The position numbers and the translations under genes are program-made. From the sequence record SRR22947727_1297: a stretch of DNA of 41,686 nt. One strand, given 5' to 3'. The notes under the pieces were generated by a model that did no database searches, was not told the DNA's origin, and saw only the letters and a program-made list of their open reading frames with translations. How positions within the stretch are numbered: the first letter of the stretch is position 1; every line of letters starts with the position of its first letter. Of the stretch, positions 1 to 8,903 are shown in pieces.

Positions 1-1434
1 ATGAGAGTTCATAGAAGCTCTTCTTACTAGTACTGCTCTGTTTACTCCATCAGCTTTATATCCATTAGATCCAATACGAAGACCATCAAACTTTGAGATA
101 GCTCCTGTATACGGATCCGTAGTAGATTGGTTTAAAGCTACAATAGCATCAAAGTCAATTGAACCGTCTGGTAGTCTTGTACCTCTACCGCCTTCTAAGT
201 AATGAGATGTTAGGTCTTTCCGATAAGGGAGAATGTCCATATCACCGTTTCGGAAGTTATTACCTCTAGGTCCTGTTCCTCCACCTCGACCGGCTGATCC
301 GTAGAGAGAAGTGGCAAGGGTAAGTGATTCACTAATATCCCAGTCCCAGTTAAAAGTAGCTAATGGCTTATTGTAGAAGTTACGTCTCATTGAGAACTCT
401 TCTCCATTTAAGGTACCGCCGTTGCTGTTCCATCGTTGATCGATTCCCTCTTCACCGAAGTTCTGGAAGTCTCTAATCGATACCCAAACGTCTCTTTGAT
501 GATGCCATTGACCGGCTCCAAGGATAGATAAATTCAAGGCATGTGCTGATCCTTCTGGTTCATATCCTACAGCTCCAAAGTATGTCCACCCTTCACCAGA
601 TGTATTGTAAACATATCCGTCACCTGCCCATTTAGAGAGAAGGAAAGAAGATGCCCATCCGTTAGAATTAACGCCTGAGTTGTATGTTACGGCAGTTTTT
701 GTGTAACCGTCATTACCGACAGTTTGAGAAACAGATGCTCCTCTTTCACGTTCAGCCGCTCTTGTAAAGATAGATACAGTTCCACCAACGGAAGGTACGG
801 CTAATCTGGAGGCACCAAGTCCTCTCTGGATTTGAATACCGGAAGCTACGTCAGTCAAACCTTGCCAGTTAGACCAGTAGACCCATCCGTTCTCCATATC
901 GTTGACCGGTTGTCCGTTAATCAAGAAAGAAGTGTTACGCTGATCAAAACCTCTTAAAGAGATTCTTGAATCACCATATCCACCACCTTGCTTGGTAGCA
1001 TATACGCCTGGGGTACGGTTCATTACTTCTGGGAATTCTTGGTTACCGACTTTCAGGCCAATCTCCATAGGAGAGATAGTAGAGACGGCTACAGGAGTCT
1101 CTCTAACTTTGGCAACGTCAATAACACCAGAGGTAACGATTACTTCTCCTAGCACTCCTGTTTGAGGAACTAAAAGAATAACCACACCATCCACGGCCGC
1201 TACTGTAAGTGTTTCATACCCTACAAAGGAAACTTGAAGGGAGTCACCAGCATCTGCAGAAATAGAAAAGGAACCATCAAAGCCGGTGCTAACTCCGGTA
1301 GTGGTTCCTTTAAGTACAACTGTAGCTGCTGCTAGGGGTTCGTTCGTTTCAGCATCAGATACCGTTCCGGTAACTTGTGCAAATGCTGTAAGTGATGTAA
1401 ACATCATCACTAGAACAGTAAGTAGTTGTTTCAT
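1..1434 (-). CDS. TonB-dependent outer-membrane receptor, Bacteroidota type (partial, runs off the left edge)
   Basis: Not in the ORF track; N-terminal half and last codons translated by hand from ATG at 1434 (478 codons to the edge). Signal peptide MKQLLTVLVMMFTSLTAFAQ, CarboxypepD_reg-like domain (VTGTVSDAETNEPL...GFDGSFSI...VSFVGYE), LGEVIVT, plug motifs TPGVYATKQGGGYGDSRISLRGFDQRN...INGQPVND and IQIQRGLGAS...VGGTVSI. Confidence 0.92.
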   Translation of the reverse strand, partial: MKQLLTVLVMMFTSLTAFAQVTGTVSDAETNEPLAAATVVLKGTTTGVSTGFDGSFSISADAGDSLQVSFVGYETLTVAAVDGVVILLVPQTGVLGEVIVTSGVIDVAKVRETPVAVSTISPMEIGLKVGNQEFPEVMNRTPGVYATKQGGGYGDSRISLRGFDQRNTSFLINGQPVNDMENGWVYWSNWQGLTDVASGIQIQRGLGASRLAVPSVGGTVSIFTRAAERERGASVSQTVGNDGYTKTAVTYNSGVNSNGWASSFLLSKWAGDGYVYNTSGEGWTYFGAVGYEPEGSAHALNLSILGAGQWHHQRDVWVSIRDFQNFGEEGIDQRWNSNGGTLNGEEFSMRRNFYNKPLATFNWDWDISESLTLATSLYGSAGRGGGTGPRGNNFRNGDMDILPYRKDLTSHYLEGGRGTRLPDGSIDFDAIVALNQSTTDPYTGAISKFDGLRIGSNGYKADGVNRAVLVRRASMNSH

Positions 1435-1514
1435 GGTTTGTGTTGTTTTTGTTTGTTTTTTAGGTTATAAAAAAATCGCTCTTGATGAGCACCTTTATTA
1501 AATAGGATATATAT

Positions 1515-1808
1515 CTATGAGTTTGTTATATTATTTTCGTCAAGTGGTACTTTATAATTATAAGTTAATTTCATACCAATAAAATCGCCTATAATTCCTG
1601 TTATCAAATACGTACCTGCAAGCCAAAAATCGCCTTCAAAAATAGACTTGATACCAATAGCAGTAGAAATCATCCAAGAAAGCTTTACCACAAAAGAAGA
1701 CCATACTACGGTAAGTGTATCTTCTCTGGCTATTGCTCTAGAATTGTAAGTTCTACTTGCTTGAAAGATAAGATTAGTTGTTATTAAAAGCAAGTACTCT
1801 GTAACCAT
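1515..1808 (-). CDS. Small membrane protein, hypothetical
   Basis: 97 aa with about 3 hydrophobic segments; start overlaps the upstream stop. Confidence 0.6.
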   Translation of the reverse strand: MVTEYLLLITTNLIFQASRTYNSRAIAREDTLTVVWSSFVVKLSWMISTAIGIKSIFEGDFWLAGTYLITGIIGDFIGMKLTYNYKVPLDENNITNS

Positions 1809-2005
1809 TAAGTGGCATCTCCTTTTTCGTATTCTAATTCGAATATGTAGTATGCTTTCGCTGCAGCTTTTAAATCTTTATCATGTTCAAATCTTCTCAT
1901 AACCTGATCAAAGAATCTTTTAGATACTTCATAGTGGGAGGGAATAATGCAGCTTGCTTCAATTCTAGCGGCCTTTCTAATTATTTTGTAATCTTGGTTA
2001 GTCAT
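1808..2005 (-). CDS. Hypothetical protein
   Basis: 65 aa ORF abutting its neighbours in operon packing. Confidence 0.55.
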   Translation of the reverse strand: MTNQDYKIIRKAARIEASCIIPSHYEVSKRFFDQVMRRFEHDKDLKAAAKAYYIFELEYEKGDAT

Positions 2006-2206
2006 TTATTTACCGGTAATAATTACCTGAATGTACCTAAATAGAAAAATACTTAAAGAAACAGGCCATAAAAGAGTATGTAAGTTAGCTTCAAAACTGG
2101 ATTCGTATCCGTTAATTTTCAGTTCGGATCTTATTACGTCTTCAAGAACTCTTGACCATGTTACACCAGCCAACAAGTAAATTAAAAAGTAAATTATATA
2201 ACTCAT
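2006..2206 (-). CDS. Small two-TM membrane protein, hypothetical
   Basis: Two hydrophobic stretches including LLWPVSLSIFLF; ATGA overlap with the upstream gene. Confidence 0.6.
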   Translation of the reverse strand: MSYIIYFLIYLLAGVTWSRVLEDVIRSELKINGYESSFEANLHTLLWPVSLSIFLFRYIQVIITGK

Positions 2207-2526
2207 TTCTTTCCCCTCTTTTGTTTTACTTTAGGATGAATAATTAGTTCATCAATAAATACTTGAGCTCTTGCACCATACTTATCCTCTATTTCATAAC
2301 CTCCATCCCCCCATCCTTTAGTACCAGGTTCGAAATATTCTCTTACCGTCCATACTTCACTAGGACCGGCTCCGGCAGGCCATACTCTTACTCCTGACGA
2401 GTTATCAGATTTGAGTTTTCTATCTCTAGGGTACTTAGTCCAAACTAAATAAGTTATACCAGAGTTTAGTTCTCTTTCTTCGGTCTGATAGTCTTTTCTT
2501 CTTACGTGAGCTAACCGTAATGACAT
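2203..2526 (-). CDS. Hypothetical protein
   Basis: 107 aa ORF coupled to neighbours. Confidence 0.6.
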   Translation of the reverse strand: MSLRLAHVRRKDYQTEERELNSGITYLVWTKYPRDRKLKSDNSSGVRVWPAGAGPSEVWTVREYFEPGTKGWGDGGYEIEDKYGARAQVFIDELIIHPKVKQKRGKK

Positions 2527-2645
2527 TAGTTACTCATTTCAGTTAAGAGTTCTTTTAGCTCGGAGGTTAATTCTTCTCCTTCGTTAATTCTATCTAAAAT
2601 AGAATCTACTATATCTTTTCTATTTACAAAACTTACTTCTATCAT
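2526..2645 (-). CDS. Small hypothetical protein (39 aa), below the track cutoff
   Basis: Hand translation MIEVSFVNRKDIVDSILDRINEGEELTSELKELLTEMSN*; ATGA overlap upstream and TAATG overlap downstream exactly fill the gap. Confidence 0.6.
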   Translation of the reverse strand: MIEVSFVNRKDIVDSILDRINEGEELTSELKELLTEMSN

Positions 2646-2992
2646 CCTATTACTCCATCAAAGTTATCTAGTTCTTGTTGCGTATATTTCGTGTGACTGG
2701 CTACCTTAACCGTTTCTTGGTAACCGGGTACATATTCAAAACCATCAGAGTGCTTTACTCTCATTCCTTCTACATAAGTTCCGTCTCCAGTCTTTACCGG
2801 TACTCCGACTTCAACTACTATTTTAGGGAATAGTTTACTTCTTTCTGGGTCGTTACCTTTACTGAAGTAGACGATATCGCCTCTTGTAAAAGGATAAGTA
2901 TAGTCCAGTCCTTCTACAACCTCAGCGTATGAGGTTCTGTTTCGATTGCGAGCCGAAACTCTACTAAGAGTATCTTTTGAAATGTTGTACAT
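2642..2992 (-). CDS. Hypothetical protein
   Basis: 116 aa ORF directly downstream of the promoter motif at 3023-3051. Confidence 0.65.
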   Translation of the reverse strand: MYNISKDTLSRVSARNRNRTSYAEVVEGLDYTYPFTRGDIVYFSKGNDPERSKLFPKIVVEVGVPVKTGDGTYVEGMRVKHSDGFEYVPGYQETVKVASHTKYTQQELDNFDGVIG

Positions 2993-3022
2993 ATAACCTT
3001 TTTGTCTTAATCTTTATAATTA

Positions 3023-3051
3023 AATATAAGAAGACTCCTGCAAAGAGGCAA
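3023..3051 (-). promoter_or_regulatory. Putative promoter, TTGCCT-N17-TATATT
   Basis: One of seven RGTTG...N17...TATATT copies lying upstream of minus-strand gene starts. Confidence 0.7.
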
Positions 3052-3054
3052 CCG

Positions 3055-4242
3055 TTAAATAAGGTTAATGCTATTCGCTTCAATTAAGTCTATGATGTTA
3101 TTTGCTAATGCTAGAAAGTCATTTATGTCTCTACCCTTAGTAGTCTCGTAACAAGTACCGATTCTAATACCTGAACCTTGAGAGGGAGGTTTGCTATCAT
3201 TAGGGACTGTATTGTAGTTGACTATAATTTTATTCTTCTCTAGCATATCAGCTACTCTCTTTCCGGTTAAGTTACGAGAAGTAAAGTCAACTACGAACAT
3301 ATGACTTTCAGTATCACCGCCTACGATATCATATCCTCTGGCTCTAAACCGGGAGGTCATAGTACGGGCATTAACCATTACCCTGCTTGCATAATTCTTA
3401 AAGTCATCCGAAAGAGCTTCTCTGTATGCTTGTGCCTTAGCTGCAATTACATGCATTAAAGGTCCGCCTTGGGTACCTGGGAAGATAGCTTTGTTTACTT
3501 TTGTATAGATGTCAAAGTCGTTAGTTAATATCATTCCCCCTCTAGGTCCTCTTAAACTCTTATGAGTAGTCGAAGTACAGACATGAGCATGTTTGACCGG
3601 ACTTGAATAAGCTTTACCAGCTATAAGTCCACTGTAGTGGCTAAAGTCGGCTAAAAAGATAGCTCCAACTTTATCAGCTATTGCTCTAAATTCAGACCAT
3701 TCTATGGTTTGAGCATAGGCACTGTAGCCGGCTATGATCATATCCGGTTTTACTACCTCAGCGTATGCTGCTATCTTTCCGTAATCAAGTAAATTATCTT
3801 CTCCAAGCTCGTAATTAAATACTGTATAAAGTTTGCCTGATATGTTTACTTTGGTTCCGTGAGATAGATGTCCACCTTCCGGAAGACCTAAAGATAGAAT
3901 TTTATCTCCTGGTTCAAGTAAGGCCTGCATTACGGCTAGGTTGGCATTAGCACCAGAATGAGGTTGAACGTTAGCATATTCTGCTCCGAAGAGCTCTTTA
4001 GCTAAATCTTGTGCATAAATTTCTAACTCATCATAGTACTTACACCCTTGGTAGTAACGTTTTCCAGGATACCCTTCAGCATATTTGTTAGTGAAAGGTG
4101 ATCCTGTTAACGCCATTACTTCTCTTGACGCTATGTTTTCAGATGCTATAAGATTAATCTCTTTAGATTGTCTTTTGATCTCTGAGTTAAGTAGGTCTTG
4201 TAATTTGTCGTCTATAGCCAATTTTTCTCTAAAAGTAAACAT
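3055..4242 (-). CDS. glyA: Serine hydroxymethyltransferase
   Basis: LIASEN, NKYAEGYPGKRYYQGC, NVQPHSG, GGHLSHG, PLP-lysine motif TTHKSLRGPRGG, FPGTQGGP, SGIRIGT. Confidence 0.96.
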   Translation of the reverse strand: MFTFREKLAIDDKLQDLLNSEIKRQSKEINLIASENIASREVMALTGSPFTNKYAEGYPGKRYYQGCKYYDELEIYAQDLAKELFGAEYANVQPHSGANANLAVMQALLEPGDKILSLGLPEGGHLSHGTKVNISGKLYTVFNYELGEDNLLDYGKIAAYAEVVKPDMIIAGYSAYAQTIEWSEFRAIADKVGAIFLADFSHYSGLIAGKAYSSPVKHAHVCTSTTHKSLRGPRGGMILTNDFDIYTKVNKAIFPGTQGGPLMHVIAAKAQAYREALSDDFKNYASRVMVNARTMTSRFRARGYDIVGGDTESHMFVVDFTSRNLTGKRVADMLEKNKIIVNYNTVPNDSKPPSQGSGIRIGTCYETTKGRDINDFLALANNIIDLIEANSINLI

Positions 4243-4262
4243 TAAATGTAAGTTCGTTCAAA

Positions 4263-6116
4263 TTATACTACCTCGCAAGAGGCACCAATACAGGCCAGCT
4301 CTCCGGCTAAGTCTGTATCGTCAGTCATTTCTATAACCTTAGTTAAGTCTATTCCTTTAAGAGATTCAAACATCTCTTCATAAACTTCTTTGGTAGTATC
4401 TTCAAAAGGTGCTTGTTGATAGGAGCCTCCAAAGTAAGGAAGAACTGATAGCCCGTTGAAGGTATTTCTATTCTCCCACATCCATTCTCCTACCATCTCC
4501 CATTCGTCTTCTTTTACAGAAACTGTAGCAGAAACGTTATGAGTGTTTTGTCCGTCGATGTGACCGGGATGTACCCATTCTGTGTTCCACCTCTTTACTC
4601 TCTCTAAAAAGTCTATTACGCTTTCCGTTCTATAGATGGCACCCTCAGGAGCCTTTTGAGGTACTTGAATTACGGCTTGTTCGGTAGGCCTAAAGAATTC
4701 ATCCTCTACTAGTTCTGGATGGTTTTGAGCTAGGTAAGTATAGATGGCTTCGTTCTTTCCTACTCTAATTCTTCTGATGTAGTAATCGTTATGCCATCCG
4801 TGAATACCAGAGCTTACTCCAAGTACTAAGGAAGATGTTCCGGAAGGTTTAACTGTAGTAGTTCTAGCAGCAGCATTGATACCGAGTAGTCCGGCTATTC
4901 TTTTATTCTCTTCTTTTACTATTTCAGCTGCTTCAGTAAGATTTAAGTCAGCACATTTATTAGAAGCAACACCGGTCATACCTACTCCGATTAAAGCATC
5001 TTTTTCTGTAGTACGTCTCCAGACGTCTCTTAAGTAATGGAAGTCAGTATAGCCGGCCTGTAGAGTTCCAATAAAGGCTCCTACTCTAGCTCTTTCGTTT
5101 AAGTCTTCCTGGCTTTCTACTGTACTTGCATTTAACTCTGTAAGGTTACAGAACTGATAAGGACGTAAAGCTATTTCGGCACATGGATTGGTTCCCCAAT
5201 CTTTGTCGTTAGAAAAGATAACACCAGGTTCACCGCTACCGCTTTTTTCTACTTTATCCCAAACTTTAAGAAATTTATCTTTCGTAATTTTATGTCGAAG
5301 AACTAGAGCTGAATTATTAGCTCTACCTCTTTGAGGATTAGACTCCCACCAATTACCAAACTTGGACGTTAACATACTTTCGTCATCTATAGAGAAAAGA
5401 GATATTAAAGCCGCTCTTCTTATACCACCAGCTAGTACTGCATCAGCTATATGACAGACTATGTCATGAGCTTCTAATGAAGTTAATTTAGAACCAACCT
5501 TTTTAGATTCAAGAATACTTCTTACGTTATGAATACAATCTTTTAACGGCTGAGGTCCTGGAGCCTTTCCTCCTGAAGTAACAAGCAGAGCTCCTTTAGG
5601 TCTAATATCAGAAAAGTCAAAGATAGGTTGCGACTTTCCGTAAAAGTAAGAATGCATTAAAACTTTAATTGCATCAGCCCATCCTTCTATACTGTCTCCA
5701 ATCAAGAATCTTCTCTTACGGTCAAGCGGTCCTCTTAAAATAGGAAGATCTTCTATGTGATGATTCTGTACTGAGTATCCTACTCCGGTACCGCCAAGTA
5801 GTAAGAACATAATCTCACCAAAAACGTCTGGGTGATCGATAGGAGCGTAAGCACAGTTATAAACTCTGTTAGGAGAAATCTGGATTGGCTTTCCGCCAAA
5901 CTGTAAACTTCTCATTGATGGTAAAACCTTTTTATCGTAAACGTATTTGTATGCTTCCTCTATTTCGTCTTTTAGATCAGGGTACGTTTCCTGATGCATT
6001 TCTTTGTTTCTTGTTACTGTTTCTTCCCAAGTCTCTCTCCTAAATTCGTTAGGTAAGTACTTGGCATATTTCATATAAGTTGTTATGTCGGAAAGGATTT
6101 GATTGCTAATCTCCAT
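4263..6116 (-). CDS. nrdJ: Class II (adenosylcobalamin-dependent) ribonucleotide reductase, monomeric RTPR-like
   Basis: RRETWEE, LPSMR, YNC, GTNPCAEI radical loop, QFCNL, TVKPSGT, C-terminal CIGASC redox pair; no beta subunit adjacent. Confidence 0.9.
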   Translation of the reverse strand: MEISNQILSDITTYMKYAKYLPNEFRRETWEETVTRNKEMHQETYPDLKDEIEEAYKYVYDKKVLPSMRSLQFGGKPIQISPNRVYNCAYAPIDHPDVFGEIMFLLLGGTGVGYSVQNHHIEDLPILRGPLDRKRRFLIGDSIEGWADAIKVLMHSYFYGKSQPIFDFSDIRPKGALLVTSGGKAPGPQPLKDCIHNVRSILESKKVGSKLTSLEAHDIVCHIADAVLAGGIRRAALISLFSIDDESMLTSKFGNWWESNPQRGRANNSALVLRHKITKDKFLKVWDKVEKSGSGEPGVIFSNDKDWGTNPCAEIALRPYQFCNLTELNASTVESQEDLNERARVGAFIGTLQAGYTDFHYLRDVWRRTTEKDALIGVGMTGVASNKCADLNLTEAAEIVKEENKRIAGLLGINAAARTTTVKPSGTSSLVLGVSSGIHGWHNDYYIRRIRVGKNEAIYTYLAQNHPELVEDEFFRPTEQAVIQVPQKAPEGAIYRTESVIDFLERVKRWNTEWVHPGHIDGQNTHNVSATVSVKEDEWEMVGEWMWENRNTFNGLSVLPYFGGSYQQAPFEDTTKEVYEEMFESLKGIDLTKVIEMTDDTDLAGELACIGASCEVV

Positions 6117-6184
6117 TAAAAAAAATAATATAGAATGTTTGGGTTTAAATTGGGGGACAATAAATAGAATATATATCTACAAAA

Positions 6185-6502
6185 CTACTTGAGAAAGTCT
6201 AAAACAACCTTCTTTAATTCGTAAGCCTCTATTGCTAGGTTGGACTTATTATTATCTGAAAATATCTCGACGCATCTGTCTAATGAGTCAATCCAGTTTT
6301 TTTTTTCTAAAAAAACTTCATAAACATAATCTTGATTTTCGAAAAATATTTCAAACATTAACGCATCATCATTATTAGACCGCAAAGCTTCATCAATGCT
6401 TTCATATAACGCTTCACATACACTAACAGGATTACTCTGTATATAGTCTTGGTACTCTTCAAAGGTATGGAAATTTACTTTCATATCAAAATAATATTTC
6501 AA
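6185..6502 (-). CDS. Hypothetical acidic protein
   Basis: 105 aa ORF in the co-oriented run. Confidence 0.6.
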   Translation of the reverse strand: MKYYFDMKVNFHTFEEYQDYIQSNPVSVCEALYESIDEALRSNNDDALMFEIFFENQDYVYEVFLEKKNWIDSLDRCVEIFSDNNKSNLAIEAYELKKVVLDFLK

Positions 6503-6989
6503 GTTCTTCTCTTTCTACTACACTTTTCAGCTTCGTAATATAAATAGGATCCTCGGCGTAGTTGTCTTCTAAATGCTCATAGAATTCATGCTCTTCTTTC
6601 TCTTGTACATAATAAGCAGAATAAAGAGCATAATCAATTAAACTTTCTCTCCAGTTCCGATAAACGGCATGACCTCTATGAGTTGTAATTGCCATTGTAG
6701 GTCTTCTCCAGGCCATCTTCATACCAAATAAATTATTATTTTCTAGAAATATTCTAGATTGGAAGTGTCCGGTCTCTACTTTTGCCTGAGCTAAAACTAT
6801 ATGTGGATGTTCGAACTTCATAAGTTTAATAGCTTCTATTAGAGCTTCTTCAGAGAAGGGCTCGTTACAAACTTGTACTTGTTTTAATTTTTCCTTAACT
6901 ATAACTTCCGTTTTTACGAAAGCATTTAGTCCAAAAAAGAGCACAAAGAATCCTACAGTAATAGTAATGAGTAATGGTTTGATTGGCAT
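6486..6989 (-). CDS. GH73 glucosaminidase-like peptidoglycan hydrolase with N-terminal membrane anchor
   Basis: AQAKVETG (catalytic E), NNLFGMK, Y...ES..DY, YAEDP.Y..KL; hydrophobic N-terminus. Confidence 0.85.
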   Translation of the reverse strand: MPIKPLLITITVGFFVLFFGLNAFVKTEVIVKEKLKQVQVCNEPFSEEALIEAIKLMKFEHPHIVLAQAKVETGHFQSRIFLENNNLFGMKMAWRRPTMAITTHRGHAVYRNWRESLIDYALYSAYYVQEKEEHEFYEHLEDNYAEDPIYITKLKSVVEREELEILF

Positions 6990-7004
6990 GGGGATGGGTT
7001 TAGT

Positions 7005-7148
7005 TTAAAATAAATCTAGAAACTTAGTATTGATTTTCTTTTCTCTAAGTTTATCATTTAGTTCGTGTTGCTTGACTAAGTCATCGGCAACTTTACGCTC
7101 CAAGGGCTTTCGCCTTTTACCTTTTAATTGTTTCTTTTTCTTTGCCAT
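7005..7148 (-). CDS. Small basic protein (47 aa), below the track cutoff
   Basis: Hand translation MAKKKKQLKGKRRKPLERKVADDLVKQHELNDKLREKKINTKFLDLF*; a TATTTATA motif lies just upstream (7152-7159). Confidence 0.65.
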   Translation of the reverse strand: MAKKKKQLKGKRRKPLERKVADDLVKQHELNDKLREKKINTKFLDLF

Positions 7149-7160
7149 GGATATAAATAG

Positions 7161-7799
7161 TTACTGGTAGTCTACGAATTCTGATCCAGGATCGTCTTTC
7201 TCGTCTCCTAGACCTAAATCTTCTAGATGTTCCAGCTGCCATTCATCTAGTTCCCATTCAGTAGATTCAGTATGACGGCCGTCGTTATAATCTTCTAAAC
7301 CTTCAATCTGCTTACCTGTGAGAACGTTTCCAACATATAAAAAATAGCAATTATAGCACAGAAAATCAAGGTTTTCTAAAAGAAAGTTTTCTTTATTTCC
7401 ATCCTTGAAATGTAAAATAAGAGGAGCTTTTAAATCTATAGCTCTCTTTTCTGTATGTCCGCATCTACTGCATTTCTCTTCTATAAGTCCTTCTTGTATA
7501 ATTTTGTTCTTAAGCTTGATAGGAGACCAAGAGTATGGAGCTACCTTACCTTCAAGTACATCTCTTACTTTAGGTTCGTTAGTCTTATAATCGAATATCT
7601 TAGGGATACCTCTACCGGATTGATTCAGGTGTAAGTCAAAGAGGGTCTTACCTGTCTCACTATCTGTGAAGGTCTTAGCATACTTTTTATAGTGTGGGTA
7701 CGACACATGAAGATATCTGGCAGCAGCTTTGTTGGATTTGGTCCTAGCCATTGCAGCCAGGATCTGTTCCTTGGTCAATATCTTCGGCTTACGAGCCAT
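7161..7799 (-). CDS. HTH plus degenerate HNH/Zn-finger domain protein
   Basis: N-terminal SNKAAARYLHVSY (HTH-like); CSRCG...LHFKDGNKEN...NLDFLCYNC resembles an HNH with substituted His residues. Confidence 0.65.
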   Translation of the reverse strand: MARKPKILTKEQILAAMARTKSNKAAARYLHVSYPHYKKYAKTFTDSETGKTLFDLHLNQSGRGIPKIFDYKTNEPKVRDVLEGKVAPYSWSPIKLKNKIIQEGLIEEKCSRCGHTEKRAIDLKAPLILHFKDGNKENFLLENLDFLCYNCYFLYVGNVLTGKQIEGLEDYNDGRHTESTEWELDEWQLEHLEDLGLGDEKDDPGSEFVDYQ

Positions 7800-8119
7800 C
7801 AGTCTTCCGGCTGATCTATTGAAGTTATGTTAGAGTAGGTGATATAAGAATCTTCTCCGGTATCATCATCAGTACTTTTAAGTAGTTCTAGACCTTCCTC
7901 ATTAAGTTCCAGCTCTTCTACCTTCTTAAGAGTTCTAGTAGAAGCTACGTCTACTATTTCTAATTCAGTTCCGATTTCTTCTCCGGTTCCGTAACTAACT
8001 ATTCTTCCTACCTTCTTACCTTCTTGGGAGCAGGCAACACATACCTTAGTATGCGGTAGAATTTCTAGTCTCATTGGGTGTATAGGTTCCCCACACCCTC
8101 GGCATTTAACTTCGATCAT
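7799..8119 (-). CDS. DksA/TraR-type C4 zinc-finger protein
   Basis: CRGCGEPIHPMRLEILPHTKVCVAC matches the CxxCGEPIPxxRLxxxPxxxxCxxC consensus; acidic tail. Confidence 0.8.
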   Translation of the reverse strand: MIEVKCRGCGEPIHPMRLEILPHTKVCVACSQEGKKVGRIVSYGTGEEIGTELEIVDVASTRTLKKVEELELNEEGLELLKSTDDDTGEDSYITYSNITSIDQPED

Positions 8120-8134
8120 AACTATTATTTTGGT

Positions 8135-8545
8135 TTATCTTAAAAGTAAAATTCCATTCCATAATTCTTCTGGTGTTTCTGGGAGGATTATCTTACCGGT
8201 TTTGTCAACTGGTTGTTTGGCTCCCTCCGACATAGATACACCATAAATATATGAATGGATTAGATTAACTTGATTTTCGTTGTAGATGGTATATAAAAGA
8301 TTTTCTATAACTTGAAAGAATAATGTTTCGTAAACTGAGAGGTCTATTCCGGCTTCGAATAGCTCGCCAGATTTTTCTTCTATTTCTTCTAGTATGTTTA
8401 TTGATTCGATAAAAAGTTTCTTTTGTGGAGTTTCTTCTACCGGACCTGATATGTCGGCTTTAACCTCACTAAAGTCCTTCTTATTAACTGCTACAAGAAG
8501 ATTAAATCTCTTCAGAGCCTCCGTCAATTTCTTCTCCATTCTCAT
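8135..8545 (-). CDS. Hypothetical protein
   Basis: 136 aa ORF in the co-oriented run. Confidence 0.6.
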   Translation of the reverse strand: MRMEKKLTEALKRFNLLVAVNKKDFSEVKADISGPVEETPQKKLFIESINILEEIEEKSGELFEAGIDLSVYETLFFQVIENLLYTIYNENQVNLIHSYIYGVSMSEGAKQPVDKTGKIILPETPEELWNGILLLR

Positions 8546-8888
8546 CTCCTGCTAAAGCTTTTCTAATTATTTTATCTAAATATTCTATGTAAATAAAAAA
8601 TCCGATAATAGTTTTATCTTTTAAGTTTCTATCTCTTTCAACATCAAGCCCGTAAGCTTCTAATCCTGCTGATAGTTTTTCACTTAAAGCAATTGCTATA
8701 TCGTCTTGCTCTGTTCTAGTTAGATTACCGAATGAGGTAGGAAGAAACTGAACTTTGATTCCTTTCTTATTTGGGTCTTCATTAACATCCACTTTAAGAA
8801 CAAACTGCTGTCCTTTGAAGTTTATTTTAACGGCTTCGTTGAGAATGTTTTGAATCTCTTCGTTTATTATTTCTTTTAAACTTGGCAT
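8502..8888 (-). CDS. Hypothetical phage protein
   Basis: 128 aa, starts LKEIINEEI; TATTTATA motif upstream at 8907-8914. Confidence 0.65.
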   Translation of the reverse strand: MPSLKEIINEEIQNILNEAVKINFKGQQFVLKVDVNEDPNKKGIKVQFLPTSFGNLTRTEQDDIAIALSEKLSAGLEAYGLDVERDRNLKDKTIIGFFIYIEYLDKIIRKALAGDENGEEIDGGSEEI

Positions 8889-8903
8889 GCTAGTAAATTA
8901 ATT

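Noticed and set aside
1435-1514. Cobalamin riboswitch upstream of the TonB receptor
   Set aside because: The intergenic region is only about 80 nt, AT-rich, with no B12-box; the B12 link remains speculative.
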